A program made the translations under genes and the position numbers. Positions 27,361 to 37,027 of a stretch of DNA of 64,000 nucleotides are shown here, piece after piece (the first letter of the stretch is position 1; every line of letters begins with the position of its first letter). The DNA comes from Planctomycetota bacterium (GTDB lineage: Bacteria; Planctomycetota; Phycisphaerae; UBA1845). The stretch lies in NCBI GenBank assembly GCA_030616775.1, contig JAUWWQ010000003.1, forward strand, positions 10,794 through 74,793. The letters run 5' to 3'. The notes beneath the pieces were generated by a model. The model did no database searches. It had not been told where the DNA came from and was given only the letters and a program-made list of their open reading frames with translations.

Positions 27361-30300
27361 CTAACCCTCCAACTCAGCCAGATGCTCCGCAAGACTCGTT
27401 CGCTGGACGATCAGGTCGGTCAGCCGCCGGCGCTCGGCCTCGACAACCTCGGGTTTGGCGTTTGCCACGAACTTCGCATTGGCGAGTTTCGCTTCCTTAT
27501 CCGCGATCTGTTTCTTGATGGTTTCGAGGGCTTTGGCTGTTCGGGTGCGCTCGGCATCGTCGTCGCTGATGTCGTGGACGTAGATTCGCAGGTTGTGAAC
27601 GACCATGCTGCCGGCGTTGCGCGGACGCTTTGCGTCCGAGACGACGTTCAGCTCGCCGATGTTGGCCATATGCTGCACGATATGGGCGTGGGTTTTGAAA
27701 GACCTGAGGTGGTCCTTGGGCACCACAATCGTGACCGTGAGCTTCTCTTTAGGCGAAACGCTACAGCTTGCGCGGAGGTCGCGCACACCGCGAGTTGCAT
27801 CCTGCAGCTCCGTAAAGGTCGCAATGATGCTTTCGCTCTCCAGATCGGGATACCCTTCAACGGGTGGGAACGGTGCATGGATCAACCGGCCGTCGGTCTT
27901 CAGGTCGGCAACGCCGGGGAGACCCCGCTTAGGTGCAATGCCGTTCAACTGTTGCCATAGCCGCTCGGTGATGAAGGGTATGGTCGGATGGAACAATCGG
28001 AGAACTTGATCCAGGCAGAAGGCGAGCACCTGCTTGGCGGTAGCACTCTCCCTCTCGCCTCGCTCGGCGCTCATACGTGGCTTGGTCAGCTCGATATACC
28101 AGTCGCAGAGGGAGTCCCAGAAGAAATCCCGCAATTCCTTGACCGATGCGGAGAACTGGTAGTTCCCGATGTACTGATGATAGCGGCGGACGGTCTGCGA
28201 AAGCCGGGCGAGAATCCACCGATCCTCGGGCGGCAGGGCGGCCACATCGAGCGTCTCGCAGGGCGCGCCCTCGAGGTTCATGAATGCGAACCGTGCGGCG
28301 TTCCACAGCTTGTTGCAGAAGTTCCGGCCGATGTCGAACTTTTCGGACGTCTCGCGAGCGAGGCCAAGCTCTTGTTTGAGCGGTTCTTCGGCCCATTGGG
28401 TGGCGAACTCCTTGCCACACTCTCTGTGAGAGCACCTGACGCGAATGCAGTCGGCCGGTTGCAGACCGCGATCAATTTTCTCGCCGCGTGACTTGCGGGC
28501 CTGGGTCTCCGCCTTGAGGGCCACAGCCTGATCGGTGAGCCTGCCGCAATGTGGGCACACATAATCCACGGGCATGCGGATGTCTTGCGTCTCGGTCGTC
28601 ATGTCGGCGAGCGAATACCGCATCGCGTCGGCCCCGTGAGTCTCGATGATGTCCACCGGATCAACGCCGTTGCCCTTGGACTTGCTCATGGTCTCGCCGC
28701 GCCCGTCGAGTATCTTCGGGTGCACGTATACGTGATCGAAAGGAATCTTGCCGATCGCGTACAGCCCGAACATCACCATCCGGGCTACCCAGTTGGTGAT
28801 AATGTCACGCGAGGTCACTAGCACGGTGCCGGGATAGTACTGCTTGAGACTATCGGTCTCCTCCGGCCACCCCTGTGTGCTGAACGGCCATAAGGCGGAA
28901 CTGAACCAGGTGTCAAGAACGTCAGGATCACGCTGCATTCCGGCGCTCTCAATCTTACCCTCAAACTCTGAATGCCCAGAGCTAACACACAAGTAGAGCT
29001 CTAGCCATTCCTCATGATCGTGGTCTTCCCAGATTCTGGTTACGTCCCATGCAAAATCACGTAACTCCTCGCGCAACGTCTGCCCGCTCCATGTGGATGG
29101 GCCAGTGTCGCCAGAAGGTAGGTTGACTAGCCCGATGAACGGCTGGTCCTGGATGGCATCAGTTAGTCTGCGCGCCTTTTGCCAGATGGGTATGCGATGT
29201 CCCCACCAGAGTTGTCGTCCTATGCACCAGTCGCGTTTCTCACCCAGCCAGTCAAGATAGGTCTTGGTATACCGCCTCGGGAAGACTCGAACACGACCAT
29301 CGTGCACGGTGTCCATCGCTGCCTGGGCGAGTCCGGGTGCTCTCGATCCGTCACCGAGCGTGATTGCGCCGCCCTCCATCTTCGTCCCTTCGTCCCTTCG
29401 TCCCTTCGTCCCCTCCTTATCCCCCGTCTGCAGAAACCACTGATCCGACAGATACGGCTCGATGGGGAGCTTGCTGCGATCGCTGTGGCCGATCTCCACC
29501 TCATGGTCTTCGATTTCGTATAACAGCCCGCGGGCCTCCAGGCCGGCGACCACCTTTTCGCGTCCCGCGCCGCTGAACACCAGACCTTCATACTCGCCGC
29601 TGTGCGGGTTGGTGGTACCGTCCGGCTCGATTATCCGGGCGACCTTGCCATCAGCGGCCAGCACGTTGACCATCGGGAGATTGTGGCGCAGGCCGACCTC
29701 GTAGTCGTTCTGATCGTGTGCCGGCGTGATCTTCACACAACCGGTACCGAGCGTCGGATCAGCCCATTCGTCCGCAATCAGTGGAATCTCGCGTTCCACC
29801 AGAGGCAACAACAGCTTCCGCCCGTCGTTGGCCATGTCGCGCAACTGTACGAGCCCTGCCAGGTGCGACTTGCGGAGAGTAGCCAAGGCCTCAAGTTTCG
29901 CTGCCAGCTCGGCGCCCTCCTTGCCTGACCGACTGGAAAGTCGGTCCCGCATCGTCTTGAGCCCAGCCTCCTGCTTTTGGAAGAAGCCTTCCGGATCCGG
30001 GTGGACGGCCACGGCCGTATCACCGAGCATTGTCTCCGGGCGGGTCGTTGCAATGATGACGTGCTTGGGCTCACCCGGCTTCGGATCGATCACCGGATAC
30101 TTGAACTGCCAGAAATGGCCTTTGATGGTTTCGTAATAGACCTCGTCATCAGAGACGGCGGTCTGGAGCTGCGTGTCCCAGTTGACCAACCGTTTCCCGC
30201 GGAAGATCAGCCCGTCTTTGAACAGCTTGAAGAACATGTGCCGGACGGCACGAGCACAGCCCTCGTCCAGCGTGAAGCGCGTACGCTCCCAGTCGCACGA

Positions 30301-30732
30301 GCAGCCCATCAGCTTGAGCTGGCTTATGATCCGCTTCTCATACTCATCCTTCCACTGCCAGATGCGCTTGACCAGTCCCTCGCGGCCCAGATCATGCCGC
30401 GTCTTGCCTTCCGTTTCGTAGATGCGCCGTTCCACGACCGCCTGGGTGGCGATGCCGGCGTGGTCGGTACCGGGTTGCCACAGGGTATTGAATCCGCGCA
30501 TCCGGTGGTAGCGGGTCAGAATGTCCTGCAGGGTGTTGTTGAGGGCGTGGCCCAAGTGCAGGGCCCCGGTGACGTTGGGCAGGGGGATAACGATCGTGAA
30601 GGTGCGCTCGTGCGGGCTGCCGTCCGGAGTTGCACGAAACGCAAAGGACCGCTCCCAGGCTTGGTAGATCTCCGGCTCAACCGCACGCGGATTGTAGACC
30701 TTCTCTAGGACCGGGTTCTCAGGCATATCCAT
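27361..30732 (-). CDS. valS: Valine--tRNA ligase (unusually long, 1123 aa, with several insertions)
   Basis: HIGH-type motif (PNVTGALHLGHA), KMSKS (TMSKSKGN), NFCNKLWNA, and a C-terminal coiled coil. Confidence 0.97.
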   Translation of the reverse strand: MDMPENPVLEKVYNPRAVEPEIYQAWERSFAFRATPDGSPHERTFTIVIPLPNVTGALHLGHALNNTLQDILTRYHRMRGFNTLWQPGTDHAGIATQAVVERRIYETEGKTRHDLGREGLVKRIWQWKDEYEKRIISQLKLMGCSCDWERTRFTLDEGCARAVRHMFFKLFKDGLIFRGKRLVNWDTQLQTAVSDDEVYYETIKGHFWQFKYPVIDPKPGEPKHVIIATTRPETMLGDTAVAVHPDPEGFFQKQEAGLKTMRDRLSSRSGKEGAELAAKLEALATLRKSHLAGLVQLRDMANDGRKLLLPLVEREIPLIADEWADPTLGTGCVKITPAHDQNDYEVGLRHNLPMVNVLAADGKVARIIEPDGTTNPHSGEYEGLVFSGAGREKVVAGLEARGLLYEIEDHEVEIGHSDRSKLPIEPYLSDQWFLQTGDKEGTKGRRDEGTKMEGGAITLGDGSRAPGLAQAAMDTVHDGRVRVFPRRYTKTYLDWLGEKRDWCIGRQLWWGHRIPIWQKARRLTDAIQDQPFIGLVNLPSGDTGPSTWSGQTLREELRDFAWDVTRIWEDHDHEEWLELYLCVSSGHSEFEGKIESAGMQRDPDVLDTWFSSALWPFSTQGWPEETDSLKQYYPGTVLVTSRDIITNWVARMVMFGLYAIGKIPFDHVYVHPKILDGRGETMSKSKGNGVDPVDIIETHGADAMRYSLADMTTETQDIRMPVDYVCPHCGRLTDQAVALKAETQARKSRGEKIDRGLQPADCIRVRCSHRECGKEFATQWAEEPLKQELGLARETSEKFDIGRNFCNKLWNAARFAFMNLEGAPCETLDVAALPPEDRWILARLSQTVRRYHQYIGNYQFSASVKELRDFFWDSLCDWYIELTKPRMSAERGERESATAKQVLAFCLDQVLRLFHPTIPFITERLWQQLNGIAPKRGLPGVADLKTDGRLIHAPFPPVEGYPDLESESIIATFTELQDATRGVRDLRASCSVSPKEKLTVTIVVPKDHLRSFKTHAHIVQHMANIGELNVVSDAKRPRNAGSMVVHNLRIYVHDISDDDAERTRTAKALETIKKQIADKEAKLANAKFVANAKPEVVEAERRRLTDLIVQRTSLAEHLAELEG
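29381..29412. repeat. Perfect 8-bp x4 tandem repeat (TTCGTCCC) inside the valS coding sequence
   Basis: Read directly. On the coding strand it encodes GTKGRRDEGTK within an insertion. Confidence 0.9.
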
Positions 30733-30855
30733 TCTCTGCCCAGGTCACATATCGGCGTACAAACGGAGCGAAGGTAGGGGATAGCCCGGAAAAGTCAATG
30801 TGCGACCGGCTCAGGCGAAGTGGTCACCACCGCCTACCGCAAGTCGAGATGCCGC

Positions 30856-31731
30856 TTACACCTCGACACCTAGTTGCATGGCCGCCGCGTCGGCGGTCTG
30901 GTTGATGAGTGTGGCGATGGTCATCGGGCCTACGCCGCCGGGGACGGGGGTGATCAACGAAGCCGGCTCAATGGCAGCGTCGAAGTCGACGTCGCCGATG
31001 TTGCCTTCGTTGTAACCGGCGTCAATCACTACTGCGCCAAGCTTGATCCAGCCGCCCTGGACGAAGCGAGGCCGGCCGACTGCGGCGATCACTACGTCGG
31101 CGTGCCGCATAATGTTGGGCAGCGATCGAGTGCGTGAGTGGCAGAGCGTGACCGTGGCGTGGGCGTTGATGAGCATCGATGCCATGGGCCGACCGAGGAT
31201 GGGGCTGCGGCCGATCACCACCGCGTGGGCGCCGTCCAGCTCGACGTTGTACTCTGCCAAGAGTTGCATGATGCCGGCCGGGGTACACGAGATGAACGCC
31301 GGCATGCCGAGAACGACCCGGCCGAGAGTGGCAGAGGTGACCCCGTCCACGTCCTTCTCGAGGGGGATCATCTCGAAGGCCGCCCGCCTGTCGATCGGCT
31401 TGGGGACCGGGTGTTGGACCAGGATGCCGTGTACCGATGTGTCGGCGGCGAGCTTCTCGATCTCCGCGACGAGCGCTTCGGTGGTTGTACCGTGGGGTAG
31501 CTCGACGCGCAGGGACTTCATACCGGCCTCTTCGCACCGCTTGCGCTTCATACGGACGTAAGTCGCCGACGAGGGATCGTCCCCCACAAGCACCGTCGCC
31601 AGGGTCGGCGTGACTCCGGTCGCTTTGCGGATCTTTTCGACCTTTGCCGCGGCCGCTTGGCGCACGCGCTTTGCCAGGGTCCGGCCGTCCATCAGCTTGG
31701 CCTTGTTTCTCGTTTCCACGTGAAAAATCAT
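30856..31731 (-). CDS. folD: Bifunctional methylenetetrahydrofolate dehydrogenase / methenyl-THF cyclohydrolase
   Basis: FolD motifs (LATVLVGDDPSSATYVRMK, VVIGRSPILGRPM, PVPGGVGPMT). The start is uncertain: the ATG at 31731 or 31692 fits the homologue length, and the ORF extends to 31893. Confidence 0.9.
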   Translation of the reverse strand: MIFHVETRNKAKLMDGRTLAKRVRQAAAAKVEKIRKATGVTPTLATVLVGDDPSSATYVRMKRKRCEEAGMKSLRVELPHGTTTEALVAEIEKLAADTSVHGILVQHPVPKPIDRRAAFEMIPLEKDVDGVTSATLGRVVLGMPAFISCTPAGIMQLLAEYNVELDGAHAVVIGRSPILGRPMASMLINAHATVTLCHSRTRSLPNIMRHADVVIAAVGRPRFVQGGWIKLGAVVIDAGYNEGNIGDVDFDAAIEPASLITPVPGGVGPMTIATLINQTADAAAMQLGVEV

Positions 31732-31916
31732 ACAAGGATGCGGTGGCGGTGTCACGTCACCCCGGCCGGGACTGACCGCACGATGGCTCTGGCCCGGCCT
31801 CTCCCCCTCGTTTATGATGGTGTCGGTCGAGAGGTAAGGGGCCGCATTGTGGTCGCTGCTTAATCTGAGCTGTGCGCGCTGCGGGCCTAACATAAGTCCC
31901 TTGAGGAGAATTAACC

Positions 31917-32126
31917 ATGAAGCACGGAGCGAGGAACCAGCTAGCCGGCAAAGTGGTCGAGATCAAGCGGGGCACGGTAATGTGTCAGGTCAAGGTCGAG
32001 GTTGCTGCCGGGGCGTCGATGTTTTCAGTCATGACCCTGGATTCACTGGCCGACTTGGGCATTAAGGAAGGCGACAGGGTCAATGTGCTCGTCAAGGCCG
32101 TGAACGTATTGTTGGCCCGGGAGTAA
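31917..32126 (+). CDS. Molybdenum-pterin-binding (Mop/TOBE) domain protein
   Basis: 69 aa. The pattern ARNQLAGKVVEIKRG....V.V......SVMT..S...L.IKEGD.V..LVKA is typical of Mop. Confidence 0.8.
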   Translation: MKHGARNQLAGKVVEIKRGTVMCQVKVEVAAGASMFSVMTLDSLADLGIKEGDRVNVLVKAVNVLLARE

Positions 32127-32132
32127 ACGGCG

Positions 32133-32155
32133 CCTCCCTGCCATCGCACGGGAGG
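32133..32155 (+). terminator. Candidate terminator hairpin after mop (CCTCCC ... GGGAGG followed by TTCTGTT)
   Basis: 6-bp GC stem, 11-nt loop and a weak T-rich tail. Confidence 0.3.
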
Positions 32156-32266
32156 TTCTGTTGAGCCGGCGGCCGTCCCGACCACCCAACCGCGCAAGTG
32201 CGGCTGTGAATCACCACGGAATAGCGAGTCAATATTCGTGAGTTACCAAGTCACAGAGTGCCGGCC

Positions 32267-32301
32267 CTTCGCCATTCGCTATTCCTAATTTGCTATTCTG
32301 T
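32267..32301. repeat. 7-nt phased repeat array (ATTCGCT-like, 5 units) overlapping the stop of the parvulin gene
   Basis: The units read CTTCGCC ATTCGCT ATTCCTA ATTTGCT ATTCTGT. This is the reverse complement of the motif in the array at 7168-7223. Confidence 0.5.
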
Positions 32302-33466
32302 GCATAGCGTCTTCGACGACCGCGGCGTGGAAACGCTCGAGGTTGGGGGGTTCGATTCGGGCCTTGCTGCGGAGCTGGGCGACTTGCTCGACGACGAGGC
32401 GGTTGTAGGACTCGATGAGGACACGCTCTTTGAGCCGTGGTTGAAGGGTTTGAAAGTCCGGCTCGTGGCCGGGGTCGATCTGGTCGCAACGCACCAGAAA
32501 GAATCCATCATCCGTTTCGATGATGTTGCTGACCGAACCTGCGTCCAAGCTGTGTAACGCCTCAACAGCAGGTTCAAATCGTTCGCGTACACTTCCTTTA
32601 GTAACCCAGCCCCAGGATCCGCCTTCATCGGCATGAAGCCCGTCCGAGTAGCGGCGAGCGACCTCGGCGAAGTCGACGCCGCTATCCAGTTCGGCCCGGG
32701 CGGTTTGAATGCGTGAGCGGGCCTGCATACGGGCGCTCTCGAACTGATCACGTGTCGGAGAGCCGGCATCTTTTCCAGCGCGATCGCGCAGGCGGACGTC
32801 AATCAACGACATGCGCCGTCGGGCCGGCCGGCGGAATGAATCGGCATTGGCCTCGAAGGCGGCGAGCAGCTCGGCCCGGGTCGGCTCGGCCACCTTCGGC
32901 TTGACCTCCTGTTCAAGGTAACTGGTAATGATGATCTCACGGCGGACCTTTTCGCGCGCGTCTTTAAGTGTGCGTCCCTGTGACTCCAACTGTCTCTCGT
33001 AGCGCCGTGGAACACCGTCGTGCTCGGTGGTTATTATCTTGCGGATCTGTGCGTCAACGTACGTGTCGACTTTGGCGCTCATCTCAGGTGAGAATCGCAG
33101 AGAGGCCTGCTGATACAAAAGCATTTCCGCAATCTTGTCAGTGATCAACCGGGCCGCTCGACGGTCGAGATAGGTTCGATAATCCTCGGGAGCAAGAGTC
33201 TTGGCTTTGGTCGACAGCTCGTCATGGAGGCCCAGCCAAAGCTCATGTGCCTCGACGGTCTCGGCATTGACGGTAAGGCGACTGACAGCGAAAGTCCCCG
33301 CGGCGTCGTGATAAGCGGGTGAAGGATTCGAGCGTGACTGCGTAGGCGGCGATGTAGTAATGCGATCGGGGTTGGATTGCACCGGGACCATGCACGCTGT
33401 GTTCCAGATGCATAATGCACCTGTGGCCAAGGCGCCCCGCACAATCCGCCGAAGAGAGTCTTTCAC
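32285..33466 (-). CDS. SurA/PpiD-like periplasmic chaperone with a parvulin-type PPIase domain
   Basis: Signal-like N-terminus. Parvulin region FAEVARRYSDG...GGSWGWVTKG...FFLVRC. Confidence 0.75.
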   Translation of the reverse strand: MKDSLRRIVRGALATGALCIWNTACMVPVQSNPDRITTSPPTQSRSNPSPAYHDAAGTFAVSRLTVNAETVEAHELWLGLHDELSTKAKTLAPEDYRTYLDRRAARLITDKIAEMLLYQQASLRFSPEMSAKVDTYVDAQIRKIITTEHDGVPRRYERQLESQGRTLKDAREKVRREIIITSYLEQEVKPKVAEPTRAELLAAFEANADSFRRPARRRMSLIDVRLRDRAGKDAGSPTRDQFESARMQARSRIQTARAELDSGVDFAEVARRYSDGLHADEGGSWGWVTKGSVRERFEPAVEALHSLDAGSVSNIIETDDGFFLVRCDQIDPGHEPDFQTLQPRLKERVLIESYNRLVVEQVAQLRSKARIEPPNLERFHAAVVEDAMHRIAN

Positions 33467-36400
33467 GTCACTGCCTCCACACGTGATCCGGCTCTGACAA
33501 ACATTTGCCGTAATATCGGTAACAGGGTCACCGGTTCAAGACAGTCGGGCGGGAGCCGCAGGTGAATCGTCTTGGGGTCCGGCATACGCACGCTTCCCGG
33601 GGCGTCGGTGAAAAGGGGCTCAGCCGTGGGCAAATCGTCAATCAGGAAGACCACGTCCGGCGGCCTCAGGCTGATCGACTGTATCCCGAAGCGACGCCCG
33701 TACACGCGGATTTCCGCCAGCTCCAGCAGCCGTTGCACCTCCTTGGGGAACGGGCCGAACGCGTCTATCAGGTCCCGCTCGAGCTGGGCCAGATCGGCTT
33801 CGGTCCGACAGGCCACGATCCGGCGGTATATTTCGATCCGTGATCGATCCGCGGTGATATAGTGTGGCGGGATATGGGCGGCCACGTCAAGGTCCACGTG
33901 AACCGGCGGAGGCGTCGGATCGGGTTCACTCTTCAAGCGACAGACGGTCTGTTGGAGTAGGCGGCAGTACATCTCATAGCCAACCGCTGCGATGTGCCCG
34001 CTCTGCTCCCGCCCCAGGAGGTTGCCCGCCCCACGGATTTCCAGATCGCGCATGGCAATCCGGAATCCGGCGCCCAGTTCGCTAAACTCCTCGATCGTCT
34101 TTAGCCGTTTAGCGGCTTTGCTGGTGGGGGGATGATCGGGCGAGAGCAGCAAATAGCAATAGGCTCGATGGCTCGATCGTCCCACACGACCACGGAGCTG
34201 GTGGAGATCGGCCAGTCCGAACCGCTCAGCGCGGTGGATAAAGATCGTGTTGACGGTGGGAATGTCGATACCGCTTTCGATGATAGTGGTGGTCACGAGC
34301 ACGTCGGCCTTGCGGCGCACGAACTGGTGCATGACCGATTCCAGCTCGCCGTCTTTCATTTGGCCGTGGGCGTAGACCACCTTTGCTTCCGGTACGATCT
34401 GACGGATTTTGTCGGTCATGCCCGCGATGGAGCGGACGAAGTTGTGTACGAAGTAGACCTGCCCGTCCCGGTTCAGCTCACGGAGGATGGCGTTGCGGAT
34501 CAGATCCCGATTGAACGGACCCACCTGTGTGGCGATGGCCCGGCGGTCCACGGGCGGTGTCTGCAGCGAGCTGATGTCGCGGACGCCCATAAGTGACATG
34601 TGCAACGTTCGGGGGATCGGTGTGGCGGTCAGCGTCAGTACGTCAACGGTTTCGCGCATGGCTTTCAGTCGCTCCTTGTGCTCCACGCCGAAACGCTGCT
34701 CTTCGTCGATAACCACCAGGCCCAGGTTGGCAATGGATACGTCCTTGCTAAGAAGCCGATGGGTGCCGATGACGATGTCCACCTGCCCCTTCTTGAGCTG
34801 CGCGACAAGCTTCTTTTGCTCGGATGGGCTGCGAAACCGCGACAGGCATCCGACTACGAAGGGGTACTCGGCCATGCGCTCTCGGAACGTGGCGTAATGC
34901 TGCTCGGCCAGCACGGTCGTGGGGACCAGGAGGGCGACCTGCTTCCCATATTCGACAATCTTGAAGGCCGCTCGCATGGCCAGTTCCGTCTTGCCGTAAC
35001 CGACGTCGCCGCAGACCAGGCGATCCATCGGACGCGGTCGCACCAGATCCTCGCGGATATCCTTGGCGACAAGCAACTGATCTTCGGTCTCTTCATAAGG
35101 GAATGCGGCCTCGAACTCGCGCTGCCACTCGGTGTCAGTCGGATAGGGCGTACCGGCCGCCTCATCCCGGATCGCTTGTACGTGGAGGAGCGATTCGGCG
35201 AGCTCCGAGACGGCGTCAGCGACCTGTCGCTTGCTCTTGCTCCAACGTTTGCCGCCGACTTTGGACAGCTCCGGCCGCCGGCCCCCGGCGCCGATGTATT
35301 TTTGCACCAGGTCTATCTGCGAACACGGGACGTAGATCATGGCTTTGTCGGCGAATTCCAGAGCGAGGAATTCTTCCCGCTGACGTGACGTTCCCTTGCG
35401 TATCTTCTTTAGCCCGCGATAGATCGCGATCCCGTGCATCACATGCACGACCAGTTCACCGGGCATAAGATCCAGCCAGGACTCCAGAGGTCGACCGGCA
35501 TGAAGTCGTCGGACGCGCCGTCGCTGCCGATGGCGGTGGAAGATTTCGGAATGCGGGATGACCAGCGTCCCGGTCGCAGTCCACTCGAAACCTCGATGCA
35601 GGACGCCGATGCCGGTGTGAATCGACTCGGCAAGGTCGGGTGCCTGCTCCGAGACCATCTCGATCAGCCGCTGGCGCTCCCCCTCGGCGTCGCAGATCAC
35701 ATGCACCTCATGGTCGCAGGCGACACGGCAGAGCTCCGCGACGGCATCGGTCGCATTACTCTCAAATCGGGACACGGACGTGACACCCATGTCGAACTCG
35801 TCTTCGTCTTTGGCAGTCGCCGATCCGAATGACGACAGATAAAGCTGCGGGAATCGGCCTGTTCGTGCCAGCACCTCGGTCACGTCGTAGATGCGGTCCG
35901 ACGCTCCCAGACGCGCTTGAAGTATTTCGCCCATGGTCTGGATTTCACCCGGCCCATCGAGAATGATCAGGGTGTCAGATGGCAGGTAGGCGGTCAGATC
36001 CGTGACCGCCGCGCTGTCCACCCCTTGATCGCCGGGCAAGGCCACAACGGACAGCGAAGTCAGCGTCTCGATGGAACGCTGAGTGCTGGCATCAAAACGC
36101 CGGATCGATTCAACCTCATCGCCGAAGAACTGAATGCGAACGGGGTCTGTTTCACCCGGCGCGAACAGATCGACAATATCGCCGCGCTGGGCCACATCGC
36201 CGGGCGATTCCACGAGTTCAAGCCGCTGGAAGCCGCGGTTTATGGCCCACGCGACGATCGACTCCGGCGATCGGGCAGCGGGGCAATCCCCGCCTGTGCC
36301 CCTGACAACCTGCAGCGTGTGGTGTCCAAGCGCCTCTGGATCGGGTACGGGCTGCATGAGAGCCTGAATCGGCGCGACAATCAGGGTTGCAGGTGAGCAA

Positions 36401-36759
36401 GCGGTCGGATCTCCGCGCAGGCTAGAGCCTGCGGCTCCCTGAAGACGGCTGCACAGGTGAAGCCGCTCGGCCTCGATCTCACCGCTGGCCGCACCCTCAC
36501 CGGGCAACGTCTCCCAGGCTGGGAACAGCTCGCATGACCGGCCCAGGAAGAGCTCCAGGTCGTCGCGGGCGTCGTCGGCTTGTTCCAGGTGGGCGGTTAT
36601 GTACAGGTGGGTCCGCTTGCGGGCGGCTGCGACCAGAGCGGCCACCATAGGCGCAGACGATCCCCACACGCCCGAAACATGAACCACCCCGGTCGAACCG
36701 GAAAGCCGTTCATTAAGGCGCTTCACCCGAGGATCGGAGGCGATCGATGGGATCACCAT
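33463..36759 (-). CDS. mfd: Transcription-repair coupling factor
   Basis: 1098 aa. UvrB-homology N-terminus, CarD/RID domain, DEAD/H helicase motifs (GDVGYGKTE, VIDEEQRFG), TRG motif and C-terminal D7. Confidence 0.97.
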   Translation of the reverse strand: MVIPSIASDPRVKRLNERLSGSTGVVHVSGVWGSSAPMVAALVAAARKRTHLYITAHLEQADDARDDLELFLGRSCELFPAWETLPGEGAASGEIEAERLHLCSRLQGAAGSSLRGDPTACSPATLIVAPIQALMQPVPDPEALGHHTLQVVRGTGGDCPAARSPESIVAWAINRGFQRLELVESPGDVAQRGDIVDLFAPGETDPVRIQFFGDEVESIRRFDASTQRSIETLTSLSVVALPGDQGVDSAAVTDLTAYLPSDTLIILDGPGEIQTMGEILQARLGASDRIYDVTEVLARTGRFPQLYLSSFGSATAKDEDEFDMGVTSVSRFESNATDAVAELCRVACDHEVHVICDAEGERQRLIEMVSEQAPDLAESIHTGIGVLHRGFEWTATGTLVIPHSEIFHRHRQRRRVRRLHAGRPLESWLDLMPGELVVHVMHGIAIYRGLKKIRKGTSRQREEFLALEFADKAMIYVPCSQIDLVQKYIGAGGRRPELSKVGGKRWSKSKRQVADAVSELAESLLHVQAIRDEAAGTPYPTDTEWQREFEAAFPYEETEDQLLVAKDIREDLVRPRPMDRLVCGDVGYGKTELAMRAAFKIVEYGKQVALLVPTTVLAEQHYATFRERMAEYPFVVGCLSRFRSPSEQKKLVAQLKKGQVDIVIGTHRLLSKDVSIANLGLVVIDEEQRFGVEHKERLKAMRETVDVLTLTATPIPRTLHMSLMGVRDISSLQTPPVDRRAIATQVGPFNRDLIRNAILRELNRDGQVYFVHNFVRSIAGMTDKIRQIVPEAKVVYAHGQMKDGELESVMHQFVRRKADVLVTTTIIESGIDIPTVNTIFIHRAERFGLADLHQLRGRVGRSSHRAYCYLLLSPDHPPTSKAAKRLKTIEEFSELGAGFRIAMRDLEIRGAGNLLGREQSGHIAAVGYEMYCRLLQQTVCRLKSEPDPTPPPVHVDLDVAAHIPPHYITADRSRIEIYRRIVACRTEADLAQLERDLIDAFGPFPKEVQRLLELAEIRVYGRRFGIQSISLRPPDVVFLIDDLPTAEPLFTDAPGSVRMPDPKTIHLRLPPDCLEPVTLLPILRQMFVRAGSRVEAVT
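36411..36437 (-). repeat. 27-nt palindromic element copy inside the mfd coding sequence, in frame (AAGSSLRG)
   Basis: CTCCGCGCAGGCTAGAGCCTGCGGCTC matches the intergenic copy at 60061-60087 at 24/27 positions. Confidence 0.65.
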
Positions 36760-37027
36760 TGCTTGCCGAGTATGATAAGCGTCAATGCAACGAATGTAAA
36801 ACCCGCGCCCTCGGACGGCTTATCCCGTCCCCGCCGGCACCTCGACAACTTCCCACAAATATCGACAGACCAGCGCTGGTATATTGACGAAGGCGCAACT
36901 ATGCTGAAAAGAGTGATCGCCGGAGTCCCGGTCACATCCCCGCGATTACTGCGTCAGGGTGCGACCCCTCGGACGGGGCGACACAGCCGGTCACGAAGAG
37001 CGTTATCGACTCTCGGAGGATCTGATT

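Noticed and set aside
31732-31916. Possible Moco riboswitch upstream of the Mop-domain gene
   Set aside because: I could not find the conserved Moco-motif elements by eye. The region is more simply the divergent folD/mop promoter region.
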